Shown here: one piece after another, positions 1-9,744 of the stretch
How positions within the stretch are numbered: position 1 is the stretch's first letter
Layout of the letters: every line of letters starts with the position of its first letter
Assembly (NCBI GenBank): GCA_964409035.1
Contig: CAYPBQ010000001.1
Span: 111,638-175,637 of the forward strand
Reading direction: 5' to 3'
Origin: an uncultured Candidatus Saccharibacteria bacterium
Lineage (GTDB): Bacteria; Patescibacteriota; Minisyncoccia; Phycocordibacterales; UBA12088
Length of the DNA: 64,000 nt
The notes under the pieces: generated by a model
The model's database searches: none
What the model saw: the letters and a program-made list of their open reading frames with translations, nothing else
Told to the model about the DNA's origin: nothing
Position numbers and translations under genes: made by a program

Positions 1-1204
1 CAGAAATCGTATCTGTCTGTGCAAGGTTGGTAGATGGGAGCGCAGCAGGTGATGCAGCGGTACTTCCATCACAAGTAAATGGCGAGCCATCAACCACCCC
101 TAACGTTCCCGCACACCATGCGACACTCACGTATTCTGTGGTTCCACCCACATGTACTCCGTTAGCCATATTTGAATCATGGATTGGCACTTCCATTGAT
201 CCAGCAAATGAATCATGGAGCAATTCGATTTCAGTAGCATCCTTTATGCCATCTTTATCGCTATCAAGCCAAAAGTACATGTCTATAAGTTCTCCAAGCT
301 CTCCATCGTCATCAGTAAGACTATCGAGTGCTTCATTTTCTGGATCAGTTAGTCCATTTTCTTTGTTCTCTACATCGGTAACATAGAGGCATGAGAATGC
401 ATCATTGCTATCAACGTGTAGGGATATAGTGTTTGTTCCGTAATCACCCGGCTTTACATCAGTGAATGCGAAGAATTTTTCATCATCAAGATCAGTGGCT
501 GACCATAGCTTGCATGAGCCTCCAACAGAGTAGGCAAACTCGTCTGGATCACAAACTCCATCCACCACCGCCTTAAACATTACCCCAGCTGGGTTAGTGG
601 TTGGTGTACTACCAGGGACACCTAGGTTATCAACCTCTACTTCGATAGTGTTAAGACCAGGCACCATTGCTGATGCGATGTTGTACACATCTTCTGTTCC
701 AAGTTGGAAGTTGTTTTCATCTGTTGACGCACCCACCAACACTCCATTTACCCTCGCGCGGTGTTGGTTGTCTGACGCAACATATAATTGCGCTGAAGAA
801 ACACTACCACTCCACACAAAGGTCTTTGTAAAGGTGAAGGTTTGCGTAACCGTAGGGTCACTTACTGGATTACTTATCCACACCCAATCACCCGCGCCAC
901 CTGTACCATCTAGGTCCGCAGTCCACGCAGGGTGGATAAAGGTGAGCACCTCTGCATTCGCGTTAGAATTTTCATCAACGGTAACCCCAACGCTACTAGG
1001 GACATCGCCATCACATCCATAGACACACTCCTCACCAAGATACGAAGCAAAGGTGTGGTCTACTTTGAGGTCAATGTTACCTGCGGTAAACACATTACCT
1101 GTTGAAGTCTCACCATCAGTGAAGAATGCTCCTGTACCCGCGGCTACCACCGACCCTAGGCCGATGATAATCGCAAGCGAGCTAATAATTCTAGTGTATT
1201 TCAT
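1..1204 (-). CDS. SipW-dependent-type signal peptide protein (TasA/camelysin-like), 3' end outside window
   Basis: Manual translation from ATG at 1204: MKYTRIISSLAIIIGLGSVVAAGTGAFFTDGETSTGNVFTAGNIDLKVDH; same signal motif as the neighbouring gene; absent from the ORF track because it runs off the window. Confidence 0.8.
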   Translation of the reverse strand, partial: MKYTRIISSLAIIIGLGSVVAAGTGAFFTDGETSTGNVFTAGNIDLKVDHTFASYLGEECVYGCDGDVPSSVGVTVDENSNANAEVLTFIHPAWTADLDGTGGAGDWVWISNPVSDPTVTQTFTFTKTFVWSGSVSSAQLYVASDNQHRARVNGVLVGASTDENNFQLGTEDVYNIASAMVPGLNTIEVEVDNLGVPGSTPTTNPAGVMFKAVVDGVCDPDEFAYSVGGSCKLWSATDLDDEKFFAFTDVKPGDYGTNTISLHVDSNDAFSCLYVTDVENKENGLTDPENEALDSLTDDDGELGELIDMYFWLDSDKDGIKDATEIELLHDSFAGSMEVPIHDSNMANGVHVGGTTEYVSVAWCAGTLGVVDGSPFTCDGSTAASPAALPSTNLAQTDTIS

Positions 1205-1254
1205 TTAATTTACCTTCTACTAATTACTAATAAATGAAGATGTTACCAAAGAGA

Positions 1255-2766
1255 TTAGTTCTCGAAGTCAAACTTCTTTGTTACGCCGTTTACTGTCATT
1301 GAGAAGCTGTCAACATTTCCAGTAAATCCATCTGCGTATGGCTCACCTACACGAATACCAAGCCATGAGTCGGTTGAACGAGTCTCAGCGTTAGGGAATG
1401 AAGCAACGATGTCGTTCCATGTTCTGTTTGCATTGGTATTTCCATCTGGCCACATGTTTCCATTAGCAGCAAATCCAGACCAAGACCACAAACTAGTACC
1501 ACCTGTATTCCATGTCTGCCATGTGTCAGGCACTACAGTGCCATTAGCACTTGGTACAAACACTAGACGCCTCTGCCATGTGTCAGAGTTGTTGAAGTCA
1601 ACATTGAAGTGAAGATACGGTGCTCGTTGTGTGCTTCCAGGGTTACCCGCAGATTGTGAAAGAGTGGTGAAGCTCATTGCATCAATATCAGCAAGCTTTA
1701 TATCCTTAAACTGATACGTTGCAATATTTTTCCTCTCTGTTCCTGTCACACTCATTTGCGCGCTTCCTGTGCCTGTCATTGGAGTAGTAGGTCCTGCTAC
1801 AAAACTGCCAAGTGTATTGTTAATGGTGTCATTCTCATCGTTATAGAAGAACCACTTTGTTGGATCAGATGCTACATCTACGAGACTTGATGCAAGGTTA
1901 GACGCGCCAACATTTGTCTCGATAGCGATAGGTCCAGGTGCTGGTACCCCCTCGCATACAAAGGTGTTGTTATTTCGTGACTGTACTGCCATAAACGACA
2001 CATCTAACTTAGTGCTGTCTGTCTGTGCAGCATTAGTAGTGCTTGCGCCGTTGCAGGTAAATCCAGTTCCACGAGCAAGCGGACCGCTAGTAGCAACTCC
2101 ATCTTGAGAAACTGGAGCGCTAGTCATTGTGCCGAAGCACCATCCCTTACCAATGTATCGCTCTGATCCTCCTGCTACTGGTCCTGTGCCGCTCCAAATG
2201 TTTCTGTTGGAGTCTGCAAGAGCAATATTTATTGGTGTGTTAAGTGGCGCATCGCCCAATTTTCCTTGAGTGATTACCGTCTCGTCACTTTCAAGTACGT
2301 TATCACCATCGTCTGCCCACCACATAAATGAGAGTGACTGTGCTAGGTCACCATCAGTCATATCAGTGTCTGGCTCTACACATGTTGTATCAGCATCAAG
2401 CTCAGAGTCATTACAAGTCACGTCGTCATTCTCTTTTACGGTAACTGCGGCACAAAGCCATGAGTCATTTGATGTAACCTTAAGACCAATAGTGTCTTCT
2501 CCGTGATCTCCAGGCTTTACATCAGCAAAGTTAAAAAATAGCCTACCGGTAAGCTCATTCCATGCCCATGTGGTAGCTGTTGAGGCAACAAGTGTGCCTG
2601 TCGCGTCAGTCACATAGCTCGTGTTAGACACTTTCAGGTCAATATCTCCTGCAGCAAAGGTGTTTCCGGTTGAGCTCTCTGAATCAGAGAAAAATGCTCC
2701 AGTAGCACCAACTGCCGCTATGCCCACAAAGGCAATCATCGCAAGCGATAATATAACTCTTTTCAT
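1255..2766 (-). CDS. SipW-dependent-type signal peptide protein (TasA-like secreted fibre/surface protein)
   Basis: N-terminus ...GATGAFFSDSESSTGNTFAAGDIDL and later FNFADVKPGD motif; Cys pairs; additional C-terminal beta-rich domain. Confidence 0.8.
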   Translation of the reverse strand: MKRVILSLAMIAFVGIAAVGATGAFFSDSESSTGNTFAAGDIDLKVSNTSYVTDATGTLVASTATTWAWNELTGRLFFNFADVKPGDHGEDTIGLKVTSNDSWLCAAVTVKENDDVTCNDSELDADTTCVEPDTDMTDGDLAQSLSFMWWADDGDNVLESDETVITQGKLGDAPLNTPINIALADSNRNIWSGTGPVAGGSERYIGKGWCFGTMTSAPVSQDGVATSGPLARGTGFTCNGASTTNAAQTDSTKLDVSFMAVQSRNNNTFVCEGVPAPGPIAIETNVGASNLASSLVDVASDPTKWFFYNDENDTINNTLGSFVAGPTTPMTGTGSAQMSVTGTERKNIATYQFKDIKLADIDAMSFTTLSQSAGNPGSTQRAPYLHFNVDFNNSDTWQRRLVFVPSANGTVVPDTWQTWNTGGTSLWSWSGFAANGNMWPDGNTNANRTWNDIVASFPNAETRSTDSWLGIRVGEPYADGFTGNVDSFSMTVNGVTKKFDFEN

Positions 2767-3171
2767 AAATATGAAGCTATTAATAATGAATAATCCAATA
2801 AAATCCTTACTCCCTATAACCGATAATCAGAAAGAACAGATACGACAAACACCGCATTTCTTTATGCGGTTTCTCTCGTCTACGCGTTAGTAGTTATGCG
2901 CATGACATCGACAGTATACGCCACAATATTGAAGCAACACAAAGATGCTACGTGTGCCAACAACGATCAAAATACAGTGTCAAATTAAAGGACAAACTAG
3001 ATTTTTTTGAGTTAGTATTAAAGCCATATTATGTGTGTCCTTAACAATTTTTTTGAAATATTCTGCGATAAAAGACACATGTTTATAGGACAATTTTTTT
3101 GACCTTTTTATCCAAAATATTCACCCCTTAAAGAAAGTGATACTCGTACGACTCTATGCTATATTAGCGAT

Positions 3172-5382
3172 ATGGATGAGAAAGTAATAGACTCAATCTT
3201 TTTAAAACCATACAACCCAGGCGATGTTGAGGAGGCCCTCTACAAGGATTGGGAGGCTTCTTCTTTTTTTAACCCTGATGTGTGCAAAGAGAGGGGTATT
3301 GCAAACCCAGCACTTAAGCCCTTTTCGATTGTACTTCCTCCCCCTAACGTAACCGGGACCCTCCACATGGGTCATGCTGCCATGCTTGCCACAGAAGATA
3401 TTTTAGTCAGGCATGCGCGTATGAGCGGTAGACCAACACTGTGGCTTCCGGGCACTGATTCAGCGGCAATCGCAACCCAAAGCAAGGTAGAGAAAGAAAT
3501 ACAAAAGAAGGAGGGTAAAAGCCGATACGACTTAGGGAGAGAAGAACTACTCAAGCGAGTCGGCGAATTTGCAGAGGAAAGCAAGGCGACAATTATTTCT
3601 CAGACTAAAAAAATGGGAAGCAGCCTTGATTGGTCTCGATATGCGTACACCATGGATGAATCACGCTACCGCGCCGTTATGGAAGCCTTTGTACGTATGT
3701 ATGAGGCGGGACTCATCTACCGTGGTCACCGTATTGTTAATTGGGACCCTAAGGGGCAAACGACTATTTCTGATGATGAGATTGTGTACATTGAAGAGAA
3801 AACTACGTTCTACCACTTTCAATATGGCCCATTTGTTATTGGCACCGCCCGCCCTGAAACTAAATTTGGCGACAAGTATGTGGTGATGCACCCAGATGAT
3901 GAGCGTTATAGCGCATACATCCACGGTCAAACAATTGAGGTTGAATGGATAAATGGTCCAATTACCGCAACCATTGTTAAAGACTCCTCTATTGATATGG
4001 CATTTGGTACTGGAGTGATGACTATTACCCCATGGCATAGCGCAATCGACTTTGACATTGCTGAACGATATCAACTTGAAAAGGAGCAGATAATTGATGA
4101 GCGCGGTAAACTCCTCCCTATCGCTGGAGAATGTGCAGGAATGAAAATAGCAGATGCGCGAGCGCGTGTTGTTGAGCTACTGCGCGCAAAGGGGTTAATC
4201 GTAAAAGAGGAGCCATATACCCACAACATAGCCACCGCAGAGCGCACTGGCGCGACCATTGAGCCTCAAATTAAGGAGCAGTGGTTTATTGATGTTGATA
4301 AGCAATTTACCATTCCCCACTCAACCATTGTTGGTATTCCAAGCGGATCACAGACCTCTCTCAAAACGCTAATGAAGCAGTGCGTTGAGAGTAAAGAAAT
4401 AAGCATTCTCCCCGACCGATTTGAAAAAGTCTATTTTAACTGGATAGATAATTTACGCCCATGGTGCATATCACGGCAAATATGGTTTGGACACCGCATC
4501 CCCGTTTGGTACAAGGGTAGCGAGACGTATGTAGGAGTTGAGGCGCCAACCGATGATGGATGGGAGCAAGATCCAGACACCCTTGATACATGGTTTTCTT
4601 CAGGACTATGGACGTTTTCTACCCTTGGGTGGCCTGATAAAACAACTGACCTAGCTACATACCACCCCACCAGCGTACTTGAAACCGGTTACGACATTCT
4701 CTTCTTCTGGGTAGCGCGTATGGTACTCATGAGCACGTTCCACCTCGGGGAGGTACCGTTTAAGACGGTATATCTCCACGGCTTAGTGCGTGATGCAAAA
4801 GGTCAAAAAATGAGTAAATCTCTTGGAAATATTATTGATCCAGTAGAACTAATAGAGAAGTATGGCGCTGATGCAGTACGGCTTTCACTCATTATTGGCG
4901 CAGCGGCAGGTAATGACACAAAGCTTTCTGAAGATAAGGTGCGTGGCTACAAGTATTTTGCTAATAAGCTATGGAATGTGGCGAGGTTTATTTTTGAGAA
5001 TACGCAGGATACTAGCATAGATGAGCAAGCCACCCTCTCTACTCTTGATGCAGAGTACCTACACACCTTTACTGAGCTTGCTAAGGAGATTGAGAGCGAT
5101 ATAGAAAACTTTAGGCTATATTTAGCTGCTGAAAAGTTATACCACTACTCTTGGGACACTCTCGCATCGCAGATACTTGAAGAGAGTAAAAAGCTATTCA
5201 CAGAAGGTGACAAAGCGCTTGTGGCATCTAGAAAGCAATTGTTGCTTGTCATCATTCGTGACTTGTTAAAGTTACTCCACCCGTTTGCTCCTTTTGTTAC
5301 AGAAAAAATTTGGCAGCATTCACCGTTTAAGCAACCATCTCGCCCATTTATCATGGTTGAGACCTGGCCTGTTCACAACTAA
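3172..5382 (+). CDS. valS: valine--tRNA ligase (short form)
   Basis: PPPNVTGTLHMGH, WCISRQIWFGHRIP, DTWFSSGLW, KMSKS motifs. Confidence 0.97.
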   Translation: MDEKVIDSIFLKPYNPGDVEEALYKDWEASSFFNPDVCKERGIANPALKPFSIVLPPPNVTGTLHMGHAAMLATEDILVRHARMSGRPTLWLPGTDSAAIATQSKVEKEIQKKEGKSRYDLGREELLKRVGEFAEESKATIISQTKKMGSSLDWSRYAYTMDESRYRAVMEAFVRMYEAGLIYRGHRIVNWDPKGQTTISDDEIVYIEEKTTFYHFQYGPFVIGTARPETKFGDKYVVMHPDDERYSAYIHGQTIEVEWINGPITATIVKDSSIDMAFGTGVMTITPWHSAIDFDIAERYQLEKEQIIDERGKLLPIAGECAGMKIADARARVVELLRAKGLIVKEEPYTHNIATAERTGATIEPQIKEQWFIDVDKQFTIPHSTIVGIPSGSQTSLKTLMKQCVESKEISILPDRFEKVYFNWIDNLRPWCISRQIWFGHRIPVWYKGSETYVGVEAPTDDGWEQDPDTLDTWFSSGLWTFSTLGWPDKTTDLATYHPTSVLETGYDILFFWVARMVLMSTFHLGEVPFKTVYLHGLVRDAKGQKMSKSLGNIIDPVELIEKYGADAVRLSLIIGAAAGNDTKLSEDKVRGYKYFANKLWNVARFIFENTQDTSIDEQATLSTLDAEYLHTFTELAKEIESDIENFRLYLAAEKLYHYSWDTLASQILEESKKLFTEGDKALVASRKQLLLVIIRDLLKLLHPFAPFVTEKIWQHSPFKQPSRPFIMVETWPVHN

Positions 5383-5409
5383 TAGCAATTCTTGCGCTAT
5401 ACTTTATAC

Positions 5410-6150
5410 ATGGAGCTAGCCGCTACGTGGCTTTCTGTTATTGGCGCATCACCCGCTGGGGCTTACTCCTATGCCTTTATAGGAGGTATAGTACCCGCAC
5501 TCCTTTGGCTACTGTTTTTTTTGCGTGAAGACAGACTCCATCCTGAACCACGCAAGTTGCTTATCTTTACCTTTATTGCAGGTATGTCATGTGTCATCTT
5601 TGTACTTCCTGTACAGCGATTTGCCTATGGGTTTTTGACTGGTGGCTCTCTATTGCTCGCGTGGGCGTTTATTGAGGAGCTATTCAAGTACTGGGCAGCA
5701 TATCTTGTGGTGTTGTGGCAATCGGCAGTTGATGAACCGATGGATCCTGTTATCTATATGATTACTGCAGCCCTAGGTTTTGCCGCTCTTGAAAACGCAC
5801 TGTTTATGTCTGGGCCTCTACTAAGCGGTAATCCTACTGAGGCACTTATTACAGGTAATCTTCGCTTTATTGGAGCAGCACTTCTTCATGTGGTTGCGTC
5901 AGCATCCATTGGTATGGCACTTGCGCTTTCATTTTATCGAAAGAGCAAATATAAACGATTGTATTTTTTAACCGGCTTTATCCTTTCTGTCTTATTGCAT
6001 ACGATATTTAACTTTTTTATAATGGAGAGTAACGGAGGAGAGGTACTTATCGTCTTTTCTTTTGTCTGGATTGGTGTCATTCTATTACTACTCCTCTTTG
6101 AGAGAATAAAGCTTATCAAAAAACCATTACCCACAAGCATCTTTAAATAA
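5410..6150 (+). CDS. PrsW family intramembrane glutamic protease
   Basis: HPEP, EELFK, ALGFAALEN, LLH motifs; multiple TM helices; ATG at 5410 preceded by TATACT. Confidence 0.85.
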   Translation: MELAATWLSVIGASPAGAYSYAFIGGIVPALLWLLFFLREDRLHPEPRKLLIFTFIAGMSCVIFVLPVQRFAYGFLTGGSLLLAWAFIEELFKYWAAYLVVLWQSAVDEPMDPVIYMITAALGFAALENALFMSGPLLSGNPTEALITGNLRFIGAALLHVVASASIGMALALSFYRKSKYKRLYFLTGFILSVLLHTIFNFFIMESNGGEVLIVFSFVWIGVILLLLLFERIKLIKKPLPTSIFK

Positions 6151-6156
6151 CATATT

Positions 6157-6657
6157 ATGGCAAGAGATAAACGATCATTTTTTGAACGACTAACTGGCAC
6201 CGTGAGTACGGATGAATATGAAGAATTTGGAGATGACTTTGTTCCGCAACAAACCGCTGTCACAACAGCAAAAAAGGCACGAGTAGTACCTACAGAAGAG
6301 CCCGTATATGAAGAACCAGAACCTGAAGAAGAAGGTCAATTATCTGTAGATGTGTATCAAACTCCAACCGACATTGTCATTAAAGCAGTTGTTGCTGGTG
6401 TAAAGCCTGATGAGCTAGATGTCGCAATTACAAGGGACATGGTTACCATCAGAGGAGAACGACAAGAGGTAAAGGAAGCAACTGATGAAAACTATTTCCA
6501 CCAGGAGCTTTACTGGGGTAGATTCTCACGAACCATTCTTCTCCCCGCAGAAATTGAGGTAGAAGCAGCGGAGGCGCAGGAAAAGCACGGCGTACTCGTT
6601 ATTCGACTTCCAAAAATTGATAAGGACCGTCAAACAAAGTTAAAGGTAAAGAGCTAA
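6157..6657 (+). CDS. Hsp20/alpha-crystallin small heat shock protein
   Basis: VDVYQT...AGVKPDELDV...GRFSRTILLP...GVLVIRLPK. Confidence 0.93.
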   Translation: MARDKRSFFERLTGTVSTDEYEEFGDDFVPQQTAVTTAKKARVVPTEEPVYEEPEPEEEGQLSVDVYQTPTDIVIKAVVAGVKPDELDVAITRDMVTIRGERQEVKEATDENYFHQELYWGRFSRTILLPAEIEVEAAEAQEKHGVLVIRLPKIDKDRQTKLKVKS

Positions 6658-6677
6658 GATAATACTACCAATAACGT

Positions 6678-6709
6678 AAAAGGCGCAGGACAAATGTCCT
6701 GCGCCTTTT
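6678..6709. terminator. bidirectional intrinsic terminator between hsp20 and tRNA-Phe
   Basis: AAAAGGCGCAGGAC-AAAT-GTCCTGCGCCTTTT. Confidence 0.8.
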
Positions 6710-6716
6710 ACTCATG

Positions 6717-6789
6717 TGCTTGGGGCCGGGTTCGAACCGGCGACCCTTCGCTCTTCAGGCGAATGCTCTACCAACTGAGCTACCCAAGC
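6717..6789 (-). tRNA. tRNA-Phe(GAA)
   Basis: GCTTGGG acceptor, TAGCTCAGTTGGTAGAGC D arm, anticodon loop CTGAAGA, GGTTCGAACCC T arm; CCA not encoded. Confidence 0.95.
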
Positions 6790-6795
6790 GTTGTA

Positions 6796-7125
6796 TTACT
6801 CCTTTGGGGTAGAAGTAGCTTGTTCCCCTCCCAAATAATTAAGTAACTTTTGTATACCCTCTGGCAAGATAGATTCAGCATTTTTAATACCATCTACCTG
6901 CTCCTTTATTTGTGAATACGATGATGATATCTCACTCATATACGGCTGTACGTACGAATAGTAGATATATAGAGGTACTCCGATAAGTAACCCCCAGTAC
7001 ACAATAGTGATAACTGTGGTAATTATCCCAGACCGCCGAATCTTCTTCAGCATTCTGTTGTTCTCCTTTTCAAGCTCCAAGGTCTCCCTCAAAAGCCTTA
7101 GTGATTCATCATCCTTTTGATCCAC
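6796..7125 (-). CDS. hypothetical single-pass membrane protein
   Basis: 109-aa ORF with coiled-coil N-terminus and one TM segment. Confidence 0.7.
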   Translation of the reverse strand: MDQKDDESLRLLRETLELEKENNRMLKKIRRSGIITTVITIVYWGLLIGVPLYIYYSYVQPYMSEISSSYSQIKEQVDGIKNAESILPEGIQKLLNYLGGEQATSTPKE

Positions 7126-7230
7126 CGCATGATTCTACCAGAAATACTCTCCAAAATAAAGCGTGTATGCTAATGCGCATCCTCCATAAGAAAAGAGGTA
7201 GCAGGTCTCAAACTGCTACCTCCTCGGGCG

Positions 7231-7869
7231 TTACGATATGTAATGGAGCAATACCCACACCTGCGTTGTTGTGCCCGCGAGCACAAAGACGTGTTGCAAC
7301 TCTCTATATCCAAAAACTCTGGGGACTATATCAGGCCACCTACTCGCATGTACAAGATAATTTATGAAGTAGCATGCGATCCCAAACCAAAATATGGTTA
7401 ACCCAATCACATCTAGCCATACCGTTAGTTCATAAAACGATATGGTAAGTGGTGTTGTAGCCAATACAAGATATAACACTCCTCCAGTCTTGTGATTTGA
7501 AAGACAAAACCATCTTACCGCACTTACTGATAGCGTGAGGAATGCCAACAATGGCAGTCGCCAGTATAACTCTGCATCAGGCAAGAGCGTCATCCAATAC
7601 GGCACAAATGTTCCGCCAGTAAGAAGTACAATGACTTGGTGATCAAGCTTTTGCCATACTATGCTGTATGGCAAAAAGTGGTAGCAACAACTCACAAAAT
7701 ACTGGAGTACAACTAAAAGCGGTAGTGTGGCTATCCAAAATGATGGTGCGTATGCAACCCACAACCACACCGTCACCAGAAAGCCAATTACATCTATCGC
7801 ACACAAAACAGGGTGGCGTGGCGTAAAGCCACTAGCATTTTCACGATGCGTGAGTTGCAACAACGACAT
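7231..7869 (-). CDS. hemolysin III / PAQR family membrane protein
   Basis: SCCYH, KLDH..I..LTGGTFVP, FGYRELQHVFVLAG; about 7 TM. Confidence 0.8.
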   Translation of the reverse strand: MSLLQLTHRENASGFTPRHPVLCAIDVIGFLVTVWLWVAYAPSFWIATLPLLVVLQYFVSCCYHFLPYSIVWQKLDHQVIVLLTGGTFVPYWMTLLPDAELYWRLPLLAFLTLSVSAVRWFCLSNHKTGGVLYLVLATTPLTISFYELTVWLDVIGLTIFWFGIACYFINYLVHASRWPDIVPRVFGYRELQHVFVLAGTTTQVWVLLHYIS

Positions 7870-7967
7870 GTCGTCCTTCCTTCCCTTTGGTCACTGTATA
7901 GCTATTCCTAACGCATACTATACTACCTACCCATTGATTCAAGTGGTGGTGGGCGTGTATCCAATAA

Positions 7968-8079
7968 TTGGTGCCCTTGGCAGGATATCTCACTCCTGGG
8001 AAACCCAAGGTTTTCCCAATCCTTCCTCCACGGGGAAACAAATGTTTCCCCGACCCACTTCTGGTTCGATTCCAGCCAC
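7968..8079 (-). repeat. tRNA-Arg-associated fold-back element (antisense plus direct copy of tRNA 3' end)
   Basis: Minus strand: TGGCTGGAATCGAACC (antisense to tRNA GGTTCGATTCCTGCCA, 1 mismatch), two hairpins, then ATCCTGCCAAGGGCACCA duplicating the tRNA 3' end. Confidence 0.8.
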
Positions 8080-8094
8080 GCTTGAATTACTTTG

Positions 8095-8166
8095 TGCCCT
8101 TGGCAGGAATCGAACCTACATCTCTCCCTTAGGACGGGATTGCTCTATCCATTGAGCTACAAGGGC
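8095..8166 (-). tRNA. tRNA-Arg(CCT)
   Basis: GCCCTTG acceptor, TAGCTCAATGGATAGAGC, anticodon loop GTCCTAA, GGTTCGATTCC. Confidence 0.93.
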
Positions 8167-8229
8167 AATATTTAATAACGGCACTATAGCACAAAACCCC
8201 GCATTGTTTATGCGGGGTTTTGTGTTTGC

Positions 8230-8478
8230 TTATATATTAAGCAGGGTAGATAACTGTCTTTCTTCAAATCCAATCATCATCTCTTCCTTATCCCCTTCTT
8301 TTACTACAATAACCGGTACCCCCATTTGCCCGCTCTTATCAACCATTTCTTTTCTTTTCTCAAGGTCATCTGCAACATTGTACTCAGTATAGGTGAGTCC
8401 CTTTTCATTCAGAAATTCCTTAGTTAATTTGCAAAAATGACACGTAGGGGTGCTATAGATGGTGATTTGTTTTTCCAT
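8230..8478 (-). CDS. glutaredoxin / NrdH-redoxin family protein
   Basis: IYSTPTCHFC, SGQMGVPV, IGF. Confidence 0.9.
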   Translation of the reverse strand: MEKQITIYSTPTCHFCKLTKEFLNEKGLTYTEYNVADDLEKRKEMVDKSGQMGVPVIVVKEGDKEEMMIGFEERQLSTLLNI

Positions 8479-8556
8479 AAATACTAATTATCTTACAAGC
8501 TAGGGCAGTATAGCATACATTTACTATTGCAAAATATATTGCCTCGCACTCATGCC

Positions 8557-8597
8557 CACCCCTCAGTATCGCGATACATCGCGATACTGAGGGGTGG
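8557..8597. terminator. long perfect hairpin, likely terminator of the ftsB-like gene
   Basis: CACCCCTCAGTATCGCGAT-AC-ATCGCGATACTGAGGGGTG. Confidence 0.55.
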
Positions 8598-8611
8598 TTA
8601 ATGACAAACTA

Positions 8612-8992
8612 TTACTTGAACCAACCAAGTATTTTTTCAAAAAACCCTTTTTCCTTCTCTTTGTTTGCATCAAGTGGTACTCGCTCTTCTTTCTCTACTA
8701 CAACAATTGCATACTCCCCCTCCCTTCCAACATCAAATTGCTTCCTGAGTTCTTCCTCCTTGCCTTTATCAGTTTCTAGGTATGCAATTCGCTCCCTCAA
8801 TTGAGCCTCACGCACTTGGAGCGCGCCAAGTTCAGCGGCAACTTCCATTCTTTTATCCTTTGCTATCGATGCTTTGTCCCATGCATTGTACGCAACATTA
8901 GCTAAGAATAGTGTAATGAGAAGTATCACTACCACCATAGGCTTAGAGTGCAATATCCTACGGAGCTTTCTTCTCTCATAAAAGGTAAACAT
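8612..8992 (-). CDS. septum formation initiator (FtsB/DivIC-like)
   Basis: Basic N-terminus, TM, coiled coil, EEELRKQFDVGREGE resembling the DivIC ARxxLG..KPGE motif. Confidence 0.7.
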   Translation of the reverse strand: MFTFYERRKLRRILHSKPMVVVILLITLFLANVAYNAWDKASIAKDKRMEVAAELGALQVREAQLRERIAYLETDKGKEEELRKQFDVGREGEYAIVVVEKEERVPLDANKEKEKGFFEKILGWFK

Positions 8993-9049
8993 ATTATAAG
9001 TATACCAAAACTTGCGATACATCGATAAATTGAGTACCCTAATAGCACT

Positions 9050-9154
9050 ATGCTATTTCATAAAAAAACAAAAAAGGCCATTAAATGGATTTGGGCGGGT
9101 TTGGTGATACTTATTATCTTCTCAATGGTGATTCTCTATATACCGCTTGGTTAA
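9050..9154 (+). CDS. small single-TM protein, 34 aa
   Basis: Manual translation MLFHKKTKKAIKWIWAGLVILIIFSMVILYIPLG*; below ORF-track cutoff. Confidence 0.6.
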   Translation: MLFHKKTKKAIKWIWAGLVILIIFSMVILYIPLG

Positions 9155-9227
9155 GAGTAGAGGTATAGACAATCAAAATAATTTGTTGTACAAAGCTATT
9201 TAGCTGGTACCAGATGGGAGCACGTCA

Positions 9228-9692
9228 ATGGTCACACTTAGACCGCTAAGTGACAATGATGTTGTAGCAATAAACAAGATTACAGAGGGGAACACAAATG
9301 GATTTGGTATACCGAACGTTGGCGCTACAATTGGTAAACTGCTGGAGGGAAAAAATACTCAAAGCGATGTTCATTTTTTCTGTATCGTGGTAGGTAATGA
9401 AATTGTTGGTATACGATATTTAAAACCACAAGACGATGGAGTAGAAACGGGGGTATGGATACTTCCAGCCCACAGAAGAAATGGGTACGCCACAGATTCA
9501 TTGCGTGTGCTTATCTATATACTGAAAACTGAATTTGCATGTGTAGGGTATAGAAAGGCATTAATCTATGTAGACATAGAAAAAAATCCCTATGCGTGTA
9601 AACCCGCATTACAATGTAGGTTTACAGAAGTAGGAGTAGCAGAAAGTATAAATGGGTCAACATTTTCAATATTTGCACTTTCGTTGGATTAG
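9228..9692 (+). CDS. GNAT family N-acetyltransferase (RimJ/RimL-like)
   Basis: VTLRPL, ETGVWILPAHRRNGYAT acetyl-CoA motif; RBS GGGAG; downstream hairpin at about 9716-9738. Confidence 0.75.
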   Translation: MVTLRPLSDNDVVAINKITEGNTNGFGIPNVGATIGKLLEGKNTQSDVHFFCIVVGNEIVGIRYLKPQDDGVETGVWILPAHRRNGYATDSLRVLIYILKTEFACVGYRKALIYVDIEKNPYACKPALQCRFTEVGVAESINGSTFSIFALSLD

Positions 9693-9744
9693 TCTACAGT
9701 TTGCACTCACTGAGGAGGCGGTCGCAAGACCGCCTTTTCTATTA

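Noticed and set aside
2770-3150. Riboswitch (c-di-GMP) or T-box between the tasA-like gene and valS
   Set aside because: No GEMM or T-box consensus is recognisable, and valS appears leaderless.
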